Shown piece by piece: positions 1 to 13,404 of a stretch of 64,000 nt of DNA (position 1 is its first letter; every line of letters starts with the position of its first letter). Source of the stretch: Podarcis tiliguerta (Eukaryota); the NCBI GenBank assembly GCA_965153285.1, contig OZ229114.1; one strand, written 5' to 3'. The translations under genes and the position numbers were made by a program. The notes beneath the pieces are model-generated. The model searched no databases. It was not told where the DNA came from and worked only from the letters and a program-made list of their open reading frames with translations.

Positions 1-37
1 GTATGCAGAACACATGCCCTGCCATTGAGCTACAGCC
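1..37 (-). mobile_element. Head of a Squam3-like SINE cut by the window edge
   Basis: Reverse complement GGCTGTAGCTCAATGGCAGGGCATG resembles the head at 54785. Confidence 0.45.
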
Positions 38-617
38 TAAAGCGAACAACCCTTCCAGCGGCATTCTTAAGAGTCCTGAGAATCTGTTACCATGTGCCTG
101 TTCAGGCCATTTGTACCAGCTTTGAAGCTGATGGCCCTTATGACCTTTGTACAGTGCATCTAAGTTATGGTGCATATAACTCATGAATAAAACTCAAAGG
201 AAAGGGGAAATGTGGTATGAAAATTTTAGTAGTCTGCACCAGCACCACAGTATGAAAACCATGGCTAAGGACAGGCCCTTTTAAAATTGTTTCATTTCAC
301 CCCCCAAACAAGGCTACTTTGACAAAGAACGAATCTATGTAAAATTCAGGGTCAAATTCAGATATTGTCAACTATTTCCAACCTTCCTGTGGATGTCTGG
401 AATGGAACTCACAGACCACTAGTGTTTGTGGATTATAGTTTGAGAACATCTGCTCTAGAAGGCACGCAGGAAAAAGCATCTTGTTTGTTATATGCTGACC
501 ATCTATTCTACTTCAGAATGTGACAACTGAGTTGATTCCACACAATATCAGCATATGGGGCTGATCTTAAACCAGCTAGGGTTTAAAATTAAATGCTGTT
601 TTGTGGAAGCTCTTAGA

Positions 618-735
618 CCAGTGACTCTCAGATGCAGGTGGGAGTCCAACTCCCACCAGTCCAACCCATCATGACCAATGGTCAGGGGAAATGGGAACTG
701 TGGTCATTTGGAGGGCCACAAGTTCCCCATCCCTG
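618..735. mobile_element. Degenerate copy of the palindromic hAT MITE family
   Basis: caactccca...atgggaactgtggt...tggagggccacaagttccccatccctg. Confidence 0.6.
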
Positions 736-1246
736 TCTCAGTCCTAACACTCCTTACTCCTTTTAAGTCATCCTTTCCTTAAGATTTCAAATGAGGCTGC
801 TAAGTAATATGGCTTTTCCTGCCCCTTCTACATGCAGGAAGATTATTCACCTTCATGGGATGGAGCTGCTACCCAAGGTAATGCCTAGACATGCAAGGTG
901 AGATACTAGGGTTAAGTAGTGTAAGCAGCTTTGGCAAAGCATTAACAATGTTCACTCAGCACAGGACTGACTCCTGCCAGGATTCCAGAGAATGAAAAGT
1001 TCAGCACAATTTGCTCCTTTTCCAGGCCTGCAGAATTATGTCCCCATCGCACCAGGAATTATGGCATTAGCATACTTTCCTCCATCTGTCCAAAGTACTT
1101 GATCCCGTTTCTCAGACTTAGTCCTTTTATCGATATACAATTTTAAAAATAGCATTAAAGAGCTATTCAGGGGCCTGAAAGCGATCACCAAACATGCTGT
1201 GTATGAAACACTGAATAATATGTACATATTGCTTGCTGGGGGAGGT

Positions 1247-1352
1247 CAGCTGGTGAGCTTCATGGCTCTGGAGTGTCTTGAACTCTGGAGTGTCTTGACA
1301 CTGGAGTGTCTTGACAGCTGGTGAGCTTCATGGCTCTGGAGTGTCTTGACAC
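1247..1352. repeat. Complex local tandem duplication (A-B-B-B-A-B)
   Basis: A=cagctggtgagcttcatggct (2 copies), B=ctggagtgtcttga (4 copies). Confidence 0.9.
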
Positions 1353-1359
1353 TCTAATG

Positions 1360-1495
1360 CAGCCATAGGCAAACTCGGCCCCCCAGATGTTTTGGGACTA
1401 CAACTCCCATCAACCCTGACCACTGGTCTTGTTAGCTAGGGATGATGGGAGTTGTAGTCCCAAAACATCTGGAGGGCCGGGTTTGCCTATGCCTG
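1360..1495. mobile_element. Palindromic hAT MITE (young)
   Basis: Arms form a long inverted repeat (cagatgttttgggactacaactcccatca / tgatgggagttgtagtcccaaaacatctg). 8-bp TSD ctctaatg at 1352-1359 and 1496-1503. Confidence 0.9.
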
Positions 1496-3264
1496 CTCTA
1501 ATGTCTACACTTGACTACAGTGCACAGTTGTACTTCCCACTGTAGTTTAGGGCTTCCCTATAACAGTATTTCCCCCTTAAATCAGCCTGGGCAAATATTC
1601 ACAGGAAGCTCACTTCATGCTACAGATGAGGGCAGCTGGAAGTGGTATGGAAAAAGATGCAAAGCACTCAAGTAAATGTATAACTTTTAATAGCCACCAA
1701 AAGTTTGCCATGGGCAATGTACCAAAATAAGGAGAAAAAACAAGATGGAATTGCAATGCATACATTAAGACCTAAATGTCAACAAGGCCCCAAAGCCTCA
1801 GGTGCCAGTAGGCATTTTTCTCTCTGCTGTCAGTGGTTTTCCTATTTTAAATGTTACACTGCTATAGGACAAGGATAAAGAGCTATCTAATAACAAGCTA
1901 GACCAATATTCCACCTAAATCACTTGTGCCAATTCCGACAGTCTTTACAAGCCAACTGAGGTCTTTGAAGCAAGAATGCCAGTGGTGGCTCTTCACTGGA
2001 CTAAAAATCTTCCCAATGGATATAGTAAATATATAGATGTAGGGTTCACACACGTACACACACACACACACAATTAAAGCAGTTAGAATTACATCTAATT
2101 ATATTATCTTTCTTTTTTTCATTATTTAATTCATTCACTATATGTATAGAAAAGCAGTGGACTGGAGACAGGGAAAGAGCCATCAGAAGGAAAATTTCAA
2201 AATGTACATGGCAGCCCTTGAGTACTTAAAAAACCCCAAAAAATCCATGAGAAGCTTCTCAGTCTACAAATCTCTGACAGCAAAGTCATGCTGTAAGTAA
2301 AACAGCAAAGAGCTCTCAGGCAAGTTAGGGATTTTTTTTAATAAGAAAAAAAAACCCCTGTAGATGATCCAGCAAAGTGTCTTGTTTAGAATGCCTGCTG
2401 CAGAGAATGTGTGTTTCTTTAGTTTTATTAAGATTTACAATGGAGTACTCCGTAGCAATTAATCACTTTAATGACACCCTATCGACAAACATATACAGCT
2501 GGCACCCTATAAAGATCAATTTTATTTTATATGCTAATGCAGTGGCACTCATTAGTGATAAAACAATTAACGGTGCTGCTTGCAAACAGCTCACTAGCAT
2601 TTTAGTAGCACACAGAAATGGCCAATATGTTATAATTCTTAAATCTAGTTAAGGATAACATAATTAGTTGCCTATGTTTGTTGTCAGGCAAAAAGAGACT
2701 TCATTGCTAAGAGATTTAAAACCAAGGGGACTATTGTCTACATGCCAGGCCATTCCGTTAAACAATGGTTTTTTTTGAAGAAACTTGCCAACTGTTGATC
2801 TGGAGCATTAGAGTCTAATCAAATGCTTGCATGGACATGGATGTCGCTCTATGGTATTGTATCTGTGCTGGCAGGCTATCCATGTATGCAACAGGCAGCA
2901 GCCACCAGAAAGGAGGAGGCAAAGTAACCAACACCATAGTAATCTATAGACCATCTCTCTGCCAGTGGAGCTTCTTGTCCCATCAGAACATTACACGATG
3001 TTTTATTCAGTTTACAGTTGAGAATGTGGAAGCCCTTAGCTGCAATAAAACTGTGCTATCTGCACTGGAGTTCCCATATGGTCTTTGAAGCAGCTGCATC
3101 ACAGCAAGCAAAACAGAGCTGCTTTGTCGTATGCAGGGATGGAATCAAAGTCACTCCAACCAGAAACCTGCTGTAAACATGATTCTGAGACAATCAAGTA
3201 ATTTGTTCTCCTTAGAACGAAAACCAAGAACTTAGTTAAGGAGGAGGCACTGAAGTTATGTCTA

Positions 3265-3417
<153 letters not shown>

Positions 3418-4452
3418 CTAACAGACACACACAAAAAAGAAGGAAATAATAGACATTAGTGAAGCAGATGGACATGTTCCGGTAACAGCTGTTGAAGTCC
3501 GGTGATGAGTCATGCACAAATATCTAGCAAGGCACTTGGTTCAATCTGATTAAGTGGTTAAAGACTCCCAAGTAATAATGAAAACCCTAAAGAACTCCAG
3601 AATAAATGTGTTTAGCTCTCACTATGTGTGTGTATGTGTGTGCAAGTATGTATGTATGAAATTTTGCCCCGAAGGATCAGTCTTCATTTGAGGTCAAGAG
3701 GCTTAAACTCTGGAAGAACTTAGGTGGAATAGGGCCACTGCCCAATCTAGAATCATAAGCAGTGAGAATCTGTGTGTGCTTTGTGCTCTTTTGTCTGGCC
3801 TCAAAAATAGAAATACATCACGGCTTCCCTCTGAATGCATCTGCCCATAATCTTTCAGTTCTAGAAATATTTTGCATTAGATCCTGGATTGTATCGAGTG
3901 TACTATATGCTCCCATGTAGTCCCATGATAATACCTCAATCAAAATAATACTCAACAATATCTAGATCTTTGCATATCTAAACACTCAAATCCCTGGTGA
4001 TGTAGGCTACTTATCTTTCAACAACAGTAATTTAAATGGTAGAAAAGGAAGTGTGACTTCTCTAAACGGTCAGTGCAACTGGCTCCCAGCTCAGTCCATC
4101 ACTAACTACCTCCTGTTCTCTTTCTCAGTGGGAGTTTATTTTAGCCTCTACACTATCCCTTAGGATACCAGAAAATCCACAAAAATATATTACTGGGTGA
4201 TGAAAGGACTGATTTCCCCCCTAGATCAAGTAAATATGGGACTTCCCAGAGGCATTTGCAGTCCCTTTCTCAAGCCCCCAGACTGCACCCTACATATACG
4301 GGTTCTGAATTGAACATGCAGGAGACAAAGATGAAACTGTTCTGGACAAAAGCTGGATCAAAAAATACTTCTCACTTTGGATACTCACTAGTTGACTAGA
4401 ATTCTGCAGCCCATGAGGCTGTCCTGCTTGTCTATGGTACTTACTGACAGAG

Positions 4453-4570
4453 AGTTGCATCCAATGCTAGTCCTAATCAAAGTAGACCAAATTAAAATAA
4501 CACACATGACCAACTTAGGTCAATTAATTTCAATGGGTCCAATCTGCGTATAACTTAGCTGGATACAACT
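4453..4570. mobile_element. Short palindromic MITE
   Basis: agttgcatcca ... tggatacaact inverted ends. Confidence 0.6.
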
Positions 4571-6128
4571 CAAATACAGCAGAACCTCTGGATTAATACA
4601 CATGACCATCATACAATGTAGTTAATGAAAGAAAGGCGCTTGATAGAGGTAATTTTTATCACACACTACCAATCTTCACTGATGCAATGAGTGGTGAAAT
4701 ACCCCTACACTTTTTAAAAAAGAGAAAATTGAAAAATCCACTTGATAGCTGGTCATCTGCTTCTAGCCTATGTTAGCTAGATATTGTTACTGAGCACTCC
4801 TGAATATTGATGTAATATGTGTCACTTTATATTAGCTGCAGTTCTATATATTCCAGCATTTTATTATAAACCAGATGCCATGAACTGAATGCTCCTGAAT
4901 GGTATTGTATTCAACCAAAATCCAGAGCATTTCATTCCCAGCTGGTTGCTAGTATACTGAATGCTGAGTTGGGCTCTTCCATAAGCTGAGCAAAAGCCAT
5001 CACCAAGCCCCACAAATGTGCTCTCTCAGTGCCTAGCAGATGAGTTACTATGACACTAACACGAGCTGATGAAAACTGAGAAAAGAGAAGGCAGGATTTG
5101 TATTTGGGAGATGGTTATAATCTAATTTTAAAGGGACTATGATAAAGGAAATATGAAGTTTCCAGACAGTGGTTAAGAGGGGGAGGAGAAAGAGATAAAA
5201 CAACAACCTCTGACATCCAATTGGCCTCATGTGACTGGATACTACAGATCAGAAGGCCCTACATGCCCCAACGGGATTTACACTCTAATGCACAGATTTA
5301 TATTGTCTGCCAGAGAGTCACTAAGAGTAAAGTTATATTCACCCTCATTATTCCATACTCAGTGTAAACACAGCATGAAAACAGAAAACAGAAAAAGCTT
5401 TGAACAGGCAACATGCTTAAGATACCTTGGATACAGCTCTACATTTGTATTGACCAGGCTATTTACTGCTGATTATTTAAACTAGCGCTGAAGGCTGCCC
5501 TACCGAGATAATTCCTTAGGTCAGGAGCATTATAAGGACAGGCTGAGCGATGAATGACAGTAAGCCTTCTAAGGATTTGCCTGCTACCTCCACCCCGTCA
5601 TTTCTGATCTTGTCATTCTCCCCTCTCCTCCTCCCCTTTATCTTCATTTCTAGGAGACTTAGGTTTCAAGCCTTCTGCTCACCCAGAAGTATCTCTTTCT
5701 ACATGGCATTCAGGGTGAACAACTTTTCAGGTCAACCCTTCTTTGTGCAAAGATATCCATTGATATGTTGTATTTTTTATTGTACACCACTGCAGCATTT
5801 TGTAGTGTTTAGAGGTTTATAAATAATCCAAAACAAACATACATAGTGTTCTGGGACAAATATATCATACAGAATTGTTTATTACACTCCTAAGATCCAA
5901 TTTTTTCAGAGAATTTGGAATCCTGGAAGACCTGCTCCCTGCCTTTCAGGCCTTTTCCACCTGACGTGGAAGGGTGGGGCCCTGTAGCTACAAAAGCTGA
6001 GAATGATCAGGCTGGGGTATTGTTTAGGGGGTTGGGTTGTTACTGCTATTGATATTAATTTTTGTATCTTTATTTGAGATCTTACGGTTTATGTGGAAAT
6101 TGTTTAATTTGGTTTTTTACTTTTGAGA

Positions 6129-6487
6129 GGGACGCAGGTGGCGCTGTGGGTAAAACCACAGTGCCTAGGGCTTGCCGATCGTATGGTCGGCGGTTCGAAT
6201 CCCCGCGGCAGGGTGAGCTCCCGTCTTTCGGTCCCACCTCCTGCCCACCTAGCAGTTCGAAAGAACCCCTAAGTGCAAGCAGATAAATAGGTACCGCTTT
6301 ATAGCGGGAAGGTAAACGCCGTTTCCGTGTGCTGCGCTGGTGCTGTCTCGCCAGAGCAGCTTTGTCACGCTAGCCACGTGACCCGGAAGTGTCTCCGGAC
6401 AGCGCTGGCCCCCGGCCTCTTAAGTGAGATGGGCGCACAACCCTAGAGTCGGACACGACTGGCCCGTACGGGCAGGGGTACCTTTAC
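6129..6487 (+). mobile_element. Sauria SINE, full length
   Basis: tRNA-like head with GGTTCGAATCC B box, Sauria body, ACCTTT-type tail. TSD tttacttttga at 6116-6126 and 6483-6493. Confidence 0.9.
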
Positions 6488-6753
6488 TTTTGATGTTTTA
6501 TTTATTGTTTATGACTAATTTAGTTATGCTTGTAATTATGTAATGTCCTTCATGTTGCAAGCTGCCTTGAGCATGTCTGAACTATGGAAAGGGGGTATAA
6601 AAATAAAATTATGTATGCAATTGTTGGAAGGAAAAGAGTAGTACAAGAAAGAAAGACTAGGATGACTTGGGATTCCCAAAGCCAGTAATCTTTGCCAGTG
6701 GAGAGAGGAAGATGGAGAAGAGGGAGGAACAGGAGTCTTGGAGCACATTTGCA

Positions 6754-6876
6754 AAGCTAAGCAGGGTCCAGTGTGGTTTCAAACTGGATGGGGGACTGTG
6801 TGCAGGAGATTCCTGCACTGTGGGGGGTTGGGCTAGATGACTCTTGGAATCTCTTCCAACTCTACAATTCTATGAA
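6754..6876 (+). mobile_element. SINE-like element: 5S rRNA internal control region fused to a CR1 3' tail
   Basis: 6754-6796 aligns without gaps to the 5S boxA-IE-boxC region. 6807-6876 is the CR1 tail ending ATTCTATGA. Confidence 0.65.
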
Positions 6877-7424
6877 TCAGACATATGTATTCCTGTCTCA
6901 ATAAAATGAGAATTAGATAAGGGGTGATATCCAACATCACGTGAACAGATTTTGGTTCCTGCAGCAGGAACTCCCTGCCTCTTTTCTCTCCTATAGCATC
7001 CCACACATGTTCCAAAACTGCTCAAGAGGGTGAGACCCCTTCTGAATCAGATTTTTGGGGGATATGAAGGCTGCAAGGGGGGGGGGTGAGAGGAAGGCAA
7101 GTACCATTGCATGAGCAGAAGTCATTCATGGATGGACACAATCAGATATTATCTTTTGAGAAGTGAATGCCAAATTCTACAGATTTTATATTATGTGCTT
7201 AGTAAAACTACTAATACAGGAAATAGAAACAGCTTTTACAAGTCAAGGTAAGGATCCACCACATCGTGATGATCTAAACAGGCTCTAAGTGGCATTCTGC
7301 AACCTTTTTTTGTTTGTTTGTTAGTCTATTTATTTATTGAAATGATTTTTATGCCAGTTTGCAGTTCCGAATAAGATTTTAAAAATTCTAAGCACTTTGC
7401 AACCTATCTTAAAACGTCAAATGG

Positions 7425-7925
7425 ATTCTGCTGCATCTGAAACACCAAAGTGACCTCTCACAAGGCACAAGCCTCCCCTTTGGGCCTCACTGCTGTGGTC
7501 TGAAGGAAAGGAAAGCAACACATTTCGCACTAGCTTGGCTGCAGGAGTTGCTGGAAGGAGGTATTCAAGACACCACCCAATCACCTTAGGGACAGCACTA
7601 CAAATTTGTGTAGGATATAATCCTTAACGTTTTCTCCCTGAAGATGTCCTGTAAGGCAGTGGGTACAGATTGCTCCTCAGGGTTTACTTCCAGGGTTTAC
7701 TTTCTCACAAATGAGTATATCTGCTTTCCCATCTGCCCCTCATTTCCCTCTACAGCATGTGCAGAAACTGTCTTCTTGACAGTTGGACCCACGTCTGCTC
7801 AATCCGCCTTGCATGCAGGGGTTTTGAGATCCATTGGCTACCTTCCCCTGGTTTAGCTGGCCAGTCAAAGCCATTTCTGGGGTGTGGCCACTGTCGCAAG
7901 CCAACAGCTTCTAGGAGCCACAGAC
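7425..7925 (-). mobile_element. Probable RTE-clade LINE 5' remnant
   Basis: agcttggctgcaggagttgctggaagg...cttaggg resembles a common lacertid RTE-type repeat. Family assignment is from recall only. Confidence 0.4.
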
Positions 7926-9272
7926 AAGAGCTCAGTGCAGGGGGAAGACGTCTGGCGGACAAGGAGCATGACGTGTCCCCCAGCAGAGATACTGCCTCAC
8001 CCATAGCACCTCATACACTCCACACAAAATCTCAAAATAAAACATTACAGATGAAGGCTAAAAACAAAAATACAAAAAAGGAAAACAAAATATTCCCTGA
8101 AAAGATAAAACAAAAACACTGCAAATAAAAATATAATACAAAGATGTAATAGAAACTTCACATATAGAGTACAATTAGCAACGAAGCAGAATAACCGAAA
8201 TAGAAGCTGTGAATGTCCTTGAATTAAAAACCTAAAGGAAGTGCTGTTCCCAAATATATTCAGGATGACATTGTAGCTACCTTAAGGCCAAACAAGATGT
8301 TTCACACACAAAAATTCAAAACGTTCTGCTGATACTCCCCACTTTTAAAACCAAAGGCACACACACATGTGGAAATCTGTGGGGAGGAGAGGACTGGCAG
8401 GGGACCAGTTTTTTTTGGGGGGGGGGACAACAACCCTAGTGCGTTGCTTTTCTGTTCCTAATCTCCCTCTCCCAAAGCTAGTTTAAAAGGGGCTGTTTGA
8501 AGAAGGATCCATGTGTGTACATATAGTATCTAGTTTGGACCTTAGCTTGCCTTTTCAAGCTGCATATTTTGACACTTTTGACAAGGCTTCATTTCTATTA
8601 CTTCAGTCATTTACCCCCTCTACCTCATGGGGTCCCTAGCCAATCCAGGTTCAAAAGGTTACTGAAAGACAGTTATCTAATGTTTACATGAAATCCAAGT
8701 ATGTTTGATCTTTTATACATTAATTCCTTTGCTTTCGCCTATTGATTTTGTATCATTTAAGAAAATCAATCGGGGCAGAATAGCTAAATCTGTTCTTCAT
8801 GAACACACACTGTTTGCAAGTACACTGAACACAAGGAACACAGCACCTGGACCAGGCAGATTGTTTACATTAACCTTTTCCCCTCTTACCCACCTATTTT
8901 AAAGCCTATCTAACAAGATCAGTCAATTTTTGAAACCAAGAGATTGATTTTGCCTAAGTAACCAACATGGTCATAAAATCCTAGACAGGTGCCATCAAAG
9001 AAACTTTAGCTCAGGAATTCGTATTTCAGGTGTATCCACTGTTAGTTCTGTTAATCAAAAGAGCAACAGCAATACAAAGAGGAAAAGACAGAGTAAACCA
9101 ACAAACACACACAATCACAAATTTGGCTCCAAGACACCTCTTATAATCCAAAACTGCTTTATTACAAAATTTAGTCATTTTTACTCTATAAAGCAGTGTA
9201 CAGGTAAGGGGAACTGAACCTGAAATGGATTCAAAACTAGACAGCCATACTCTCCCTCATTAGGTCAGTCTA

Positions 9273-9479
<207 letters not shown>

Positions 9480-9659
9480 TTAAAAGTACCCCTGATTGCC
9501 ACTGTAGTAAGCAGTATTGGCTTTATAGAAGGACCAGGATGCTACTTGAGAAGGTATTCCAAGCTTAACTTCTGGTTTCTTCATTGTACCTCTACCTGAA
9601 TCAACATTTGGACAGTTTGCAGTGCAATCTTATACATGGTACAGGAGTTTACATGGAGC

Positions 9660-9824
9660 CAGTGGAGGTTGGTCTATTAGGGCAAATGGCACACTGCCTC
9701 AACTAGCCTCAGCCTGCCCTGCCCCTCCACTTGCATTCTTACAGTAAATCCAGGGAGTGGGGCTGTGACTTTGCCTACTGTTGGATCTCCCTGCCTTCTG
9801 CAGTCTGACCACCAGTCACAACTG
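9660..9824. mobile_element. hAT MITE
   Basis: CAGTGG...CAACTG ends with a perfect 8-bp TSD catggagc (9652-9659 and 9825-9832). Confidence 0.75.
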
Positions 9825-11054
9825 CATGGAGCTCTTTATATTTACCACCCAGGCACTGAGCCCAACTAGCATCAACAATGCTACAGTTTCAGGTGCTCCC
9901 AAAACACAGATTGTAGTGTAACATCCCCTTGTTTCTAAGGGGAGGAAAAACAAAGGACCCCTAGAAAAACGGAGAGCCAAGTGGAACAGACACCTCTTTA
10001 TTCCCAGAGGAGATGAGTGACCAGGTCCTTTAAATGGGACAAAGGCTATATTCTAACCCCAAATATCATTAAACACAACATCTAAAACACCACCACCACC
10101 AAGTAGACAGCAATCTGATTTCACACAACTCTGTGAAGAAATGAAGCCCAGTGGCTTTGAGGTATTATTTGATTCAAAATGCACCACATTATTTCCCTAT
10201 TATTTTACTTGAGGAATTTTTGTTGGGCCTGCCGCATGGGATGCTGTTTCTGAAGCAGAGAAGAGTTTCATAAACAGTTTTTGAGGTAGCATGAGGGTTT
10301 GCTGTTGCAAGGAAAGGGAAAAACACCAACAACAGCAACAGCGAGAATCCTGCGGGGGAGGGGTTTATAAGCCAGAGCTTACCTCAATACCTCTTTGGGC
10401 CTCAGCTTGAGGCATGCATTGTACTTTTTAGATGTGGCCCACATTCAGAGCACACTTCTCAACATGCACACAAACAGCTGGGGCTCTGTGTGATATAGGC
10501 CAGTAACTTCAAACAGTAAAAGCCACTTTTGAAAGTGCTGCCCTGAGGGATGCTTTTCTGACAAAGAAACTTAGCGTTATCTTACTAGTTTTTTTCTCTC
10601 TTAAAGACTCAGGGCCACAGTTCAGTTACAACACATGCTATTGAATTCTCTGCAACTCTATCTAAGTACTCGAATACGTCATTAATTGCTTTAGAATTAC
10701 CTCCCTGTTAAGCCTGGGACTTCCTAAATTTTTATAGAAGAGTGATTTAAGATTACTCCCTTTGATAAAACACTGAATTGTTTAAAATCACTCTCTTTGA
10801 TTTTCCTGTGCTAAAATAAAAAAAAAGAAAAAGAGTATTTATAGAATGTAATCCATGAATGGTTTAAGTTAATAGGGAAGTTATAAATACATAACAAGCT
10901 ATGTCATGCAATCCTACAAGTCATCAAAATGTTAAGACAAATACTAACTGAATTTCCTGTTCTATTAAAACAAATTGCCACATTTATCTGTAAATACGTA
11001 AGCCTCTTATGCTTCCCTGATTGTTTTAAAGTACAGAGAAGTGATACCTCAGAC

Positions 11055-11166
11055 CAGGGCAAGGGGAACCTGTGGCCTTCAAGTATCATTGGAGTCCAAC
11101 TAGCATATCTAATGGTCAGGAATGGTGAGAGCTCTAGTCCAACAGCATTTGGAGGGACCAAGTTGA
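11055..11166. mobile_element. Degenerate copy of the palindromic hAT MITE family
   Basis: caggg...aacctgtggcc...gtccaacagcatttggagggacc. Confidence 0.6.
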
Positions 11167-11394
11167 GGTATTAGATAGATATTAAAGATGTTCTTAGAGT
11201 CACTGTGAAAATGCCCGGTAACTCGCAACTGCAGCCTCCTGAGTTGTTTTCGCTGTGTTAGCAGCACTGAAGAGACCTCTCCAGGATGCAAGCCTGAGCA
11301 GTGGGCATGGAAGTTCTGGGCTGCCCCATGAATTAAAGGCTAAAACGGAGATCCTTGGCTTGCAGCATTTGAGACAGCACCCCAGCATCTAACT

Positions 11395-11484
11395 CATAGC
11401 TGTCAACGTTTCCCTTTTTTAAAGGGAAATTCCCTTATTCAGAATAGGATTCCTTGCAAGAAAAGGGAAAAGTTGACAGCTATG
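11395..11484. mobile_element. 90-bp hAT MITE
   Basis: TIR catagctgtcaac/gttgacagctatg. 8-bp TSD atctaact at 11387-11394 and 11485-11492. Confidence 0.9.
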
Positions 11485-12603
11485 ATCTAACTGAGTTGGA
11501 CAGAATGCCAAATGAAGACCAAATAAACACTTGTGCCCAGAAAAGGGCAACATCTAAGGTAAAGAGCAACAAAACTGATGCCAAAGAAAAAAGAATACTG
11601 CATTTGTGCTTCTATTTAGGGTGCTATGTAATAGATATCATATTAGCTCAATATATAGCATATGGATGTTGACAGGAAAAACAAGGACAATATGCCGGAT
11701 CACAGAGTGGTCTTAAGTGAAATGAGTTTTAATTAACCTGTGTAACGTTTCAGGAGTACAGGATGATCCACACATAGAACAAATGAGAATCCTGTCTTGG
11801 ATGCAGGGCTTACAATGGGTATCTGTGCCACCCCCTAGACGCCCCAACTGCCTTCCAGGGCTGCTGGCCAATTTGACTGAGAGGGAGCTATTTGGAAAGT
11901 GGTAGCAAGGGGTTCACAGGTGTGGAAAGTAGCAGAGTAAAATGGAGGTAAAAGGGAGCAGACAGGTGCTTATGGAACTGAAATGCATTGGAGTGGCTTT
12001 TGAGAAGTTATGGCTTGAGGATTTAAGGAGAAATTTAACCCAGCTCTTGCCTTGTGCATTTAGTATAACCGGAAGAAGCCTCTCCAGCCACATTGTTCAG
12101 CCCAGACACTGAGGTCCAGTTCTGAGGGCCTTCTGACCAGGGCCATCTTAAGCATATCCGGCGCTGTAGTGCAAAGATCCCTCTGGCGTCCCCTCCATCC
12201 CGTTTCCCAGAGTTGTCAACCTTTTTTAGGAAAGGTTCCCCAGAGTTGTTGACCCTTTTTGGGAGCTGACACCACACTTACATATTATCTCTAACCAGCC
12301 CTTAAAACAAAATAAAATGAAAAGGCAGAAGAAAATCTAATGACGTCCTCAATTCCAAAGCAAGACTCGCTCAAGACTCAGCAGTTCTTCTAATTCATCC
12401 ACATGATTCAAATCACCACATATCAAAAAGTTAAAGCAATCACCAGTTTGTTGTTCTTTAAATAAATTGATAAAGACACAGAGAATGAAGTTCCCGGCCA
12501 ATTTGTGTTGAAGTACAAAGCCGACGTTTTCGAATATTGTGGGGGGTGGGTGTAAAGCAGTGACATTTTGAACCTAAAAAGGACCCAAAACTTGGGTCAA
12601 AAA

Positions 12604-12690
12604 GGCTGCAGCCCTAACTGCACTTACCTGAGAGTAAGCCCTGCTGAATCAAATAGGACCTTACTTCTGAGTAGACAGTAGGACTGCAGC
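12604..12690. mobile_element. Short palindromic MITE (gctgcagccct...aggactgcagc family; more degenerate copies near 27.8, 45.9, 47.6 and 52.8 kb)
   Basis: Inverted ends and internal gagtaag/cttactt arms. Confidence 0.55.
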
Positions 12691-12939
12691 AAGAAACACA
12701 GTTGGGAATTAGGGTTTTCTGTTTTAAGTCTCAACCAGAGGAAAATGTAATATTGGAGATTAGGGAGAAAGGAATATGAATAGATTGGGGGGGGGGGGAG
12801 GGGGCTGACAAGAGACCAAAAACCACAGGTAGCAAGACAAGACACACTTTCTGGGGAGCAAGTCTCACACACAGTTGCTTGGGCCGAGAACTGCAGAGGG
12901 ACCACAGTTGGGTTGTGCGTGTGTTTTTCAGAAAAAAGG

Positions 12940-12987
12940 AGAATTGGAAGGGACCCTGCGGGTCATCTAGCCCAACCCCCTGCAATG
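12940..12987 (-). mobile_element. CR1 3'-tail fragment
   Basis: ttggaagggaccc...ggtcatctagcccaaccccctgcaatg is the same tail as at 53476 and 6807. Confidence 0.7.
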
Positions 12988-13181
12988 GTTATTAGCTCGC
13001 ATTGATCTTAAAAAGCTTCAGTGCCTTTTTTTTTTAGTTGGATAGGCAATTAACAGGCTTGTTTCACAAATAAGGGAGAAAGAGGGTTGCTGGCTTGGTT
13101 TGCCTTTGTTCTAGTTTTTAGCATGTGCTTAGTACCCTAGTTTCAGGCTGTGAGCCACCCTGATATCTATGGGTGGAGGGC

Positions 13182-13223
13182 AGTAGTAGTAGTATTAGTA
13201 GTAGTAGTAGTAGTAGTAGTAGT
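13182..13223. repeat. (AGT)n microsatellite
   Basis: Direct read. Confidence 0.95.
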
Positions 13224-13404
13224 TATGGTGATTATATTTTTCGCAAGGCTTGGAGTGGGTGATGGCCAGCTGCTGCAATGAATGGGGTCGCTGCTAAATG
13301 GTCTGGCTTGCTTTACAACCCCTAGAGACCTTGTTGGTGGGAGTGGGGTGGGTGGAGAAGGAGCCCACTCCCGAAGAAGAGCGAAGGGAGGCTTCCTTTC
13401 CCCT

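Noticed and set aside
1247-1352. CRISPR-like repeat array
   Set aside because: Eukaryotic intron, no unique spacers and no cas genes.
6754-6796. 5S rRNA gene
   Set aside because: Only about 43 nt of the internal control region, with no 5' half or terminator.
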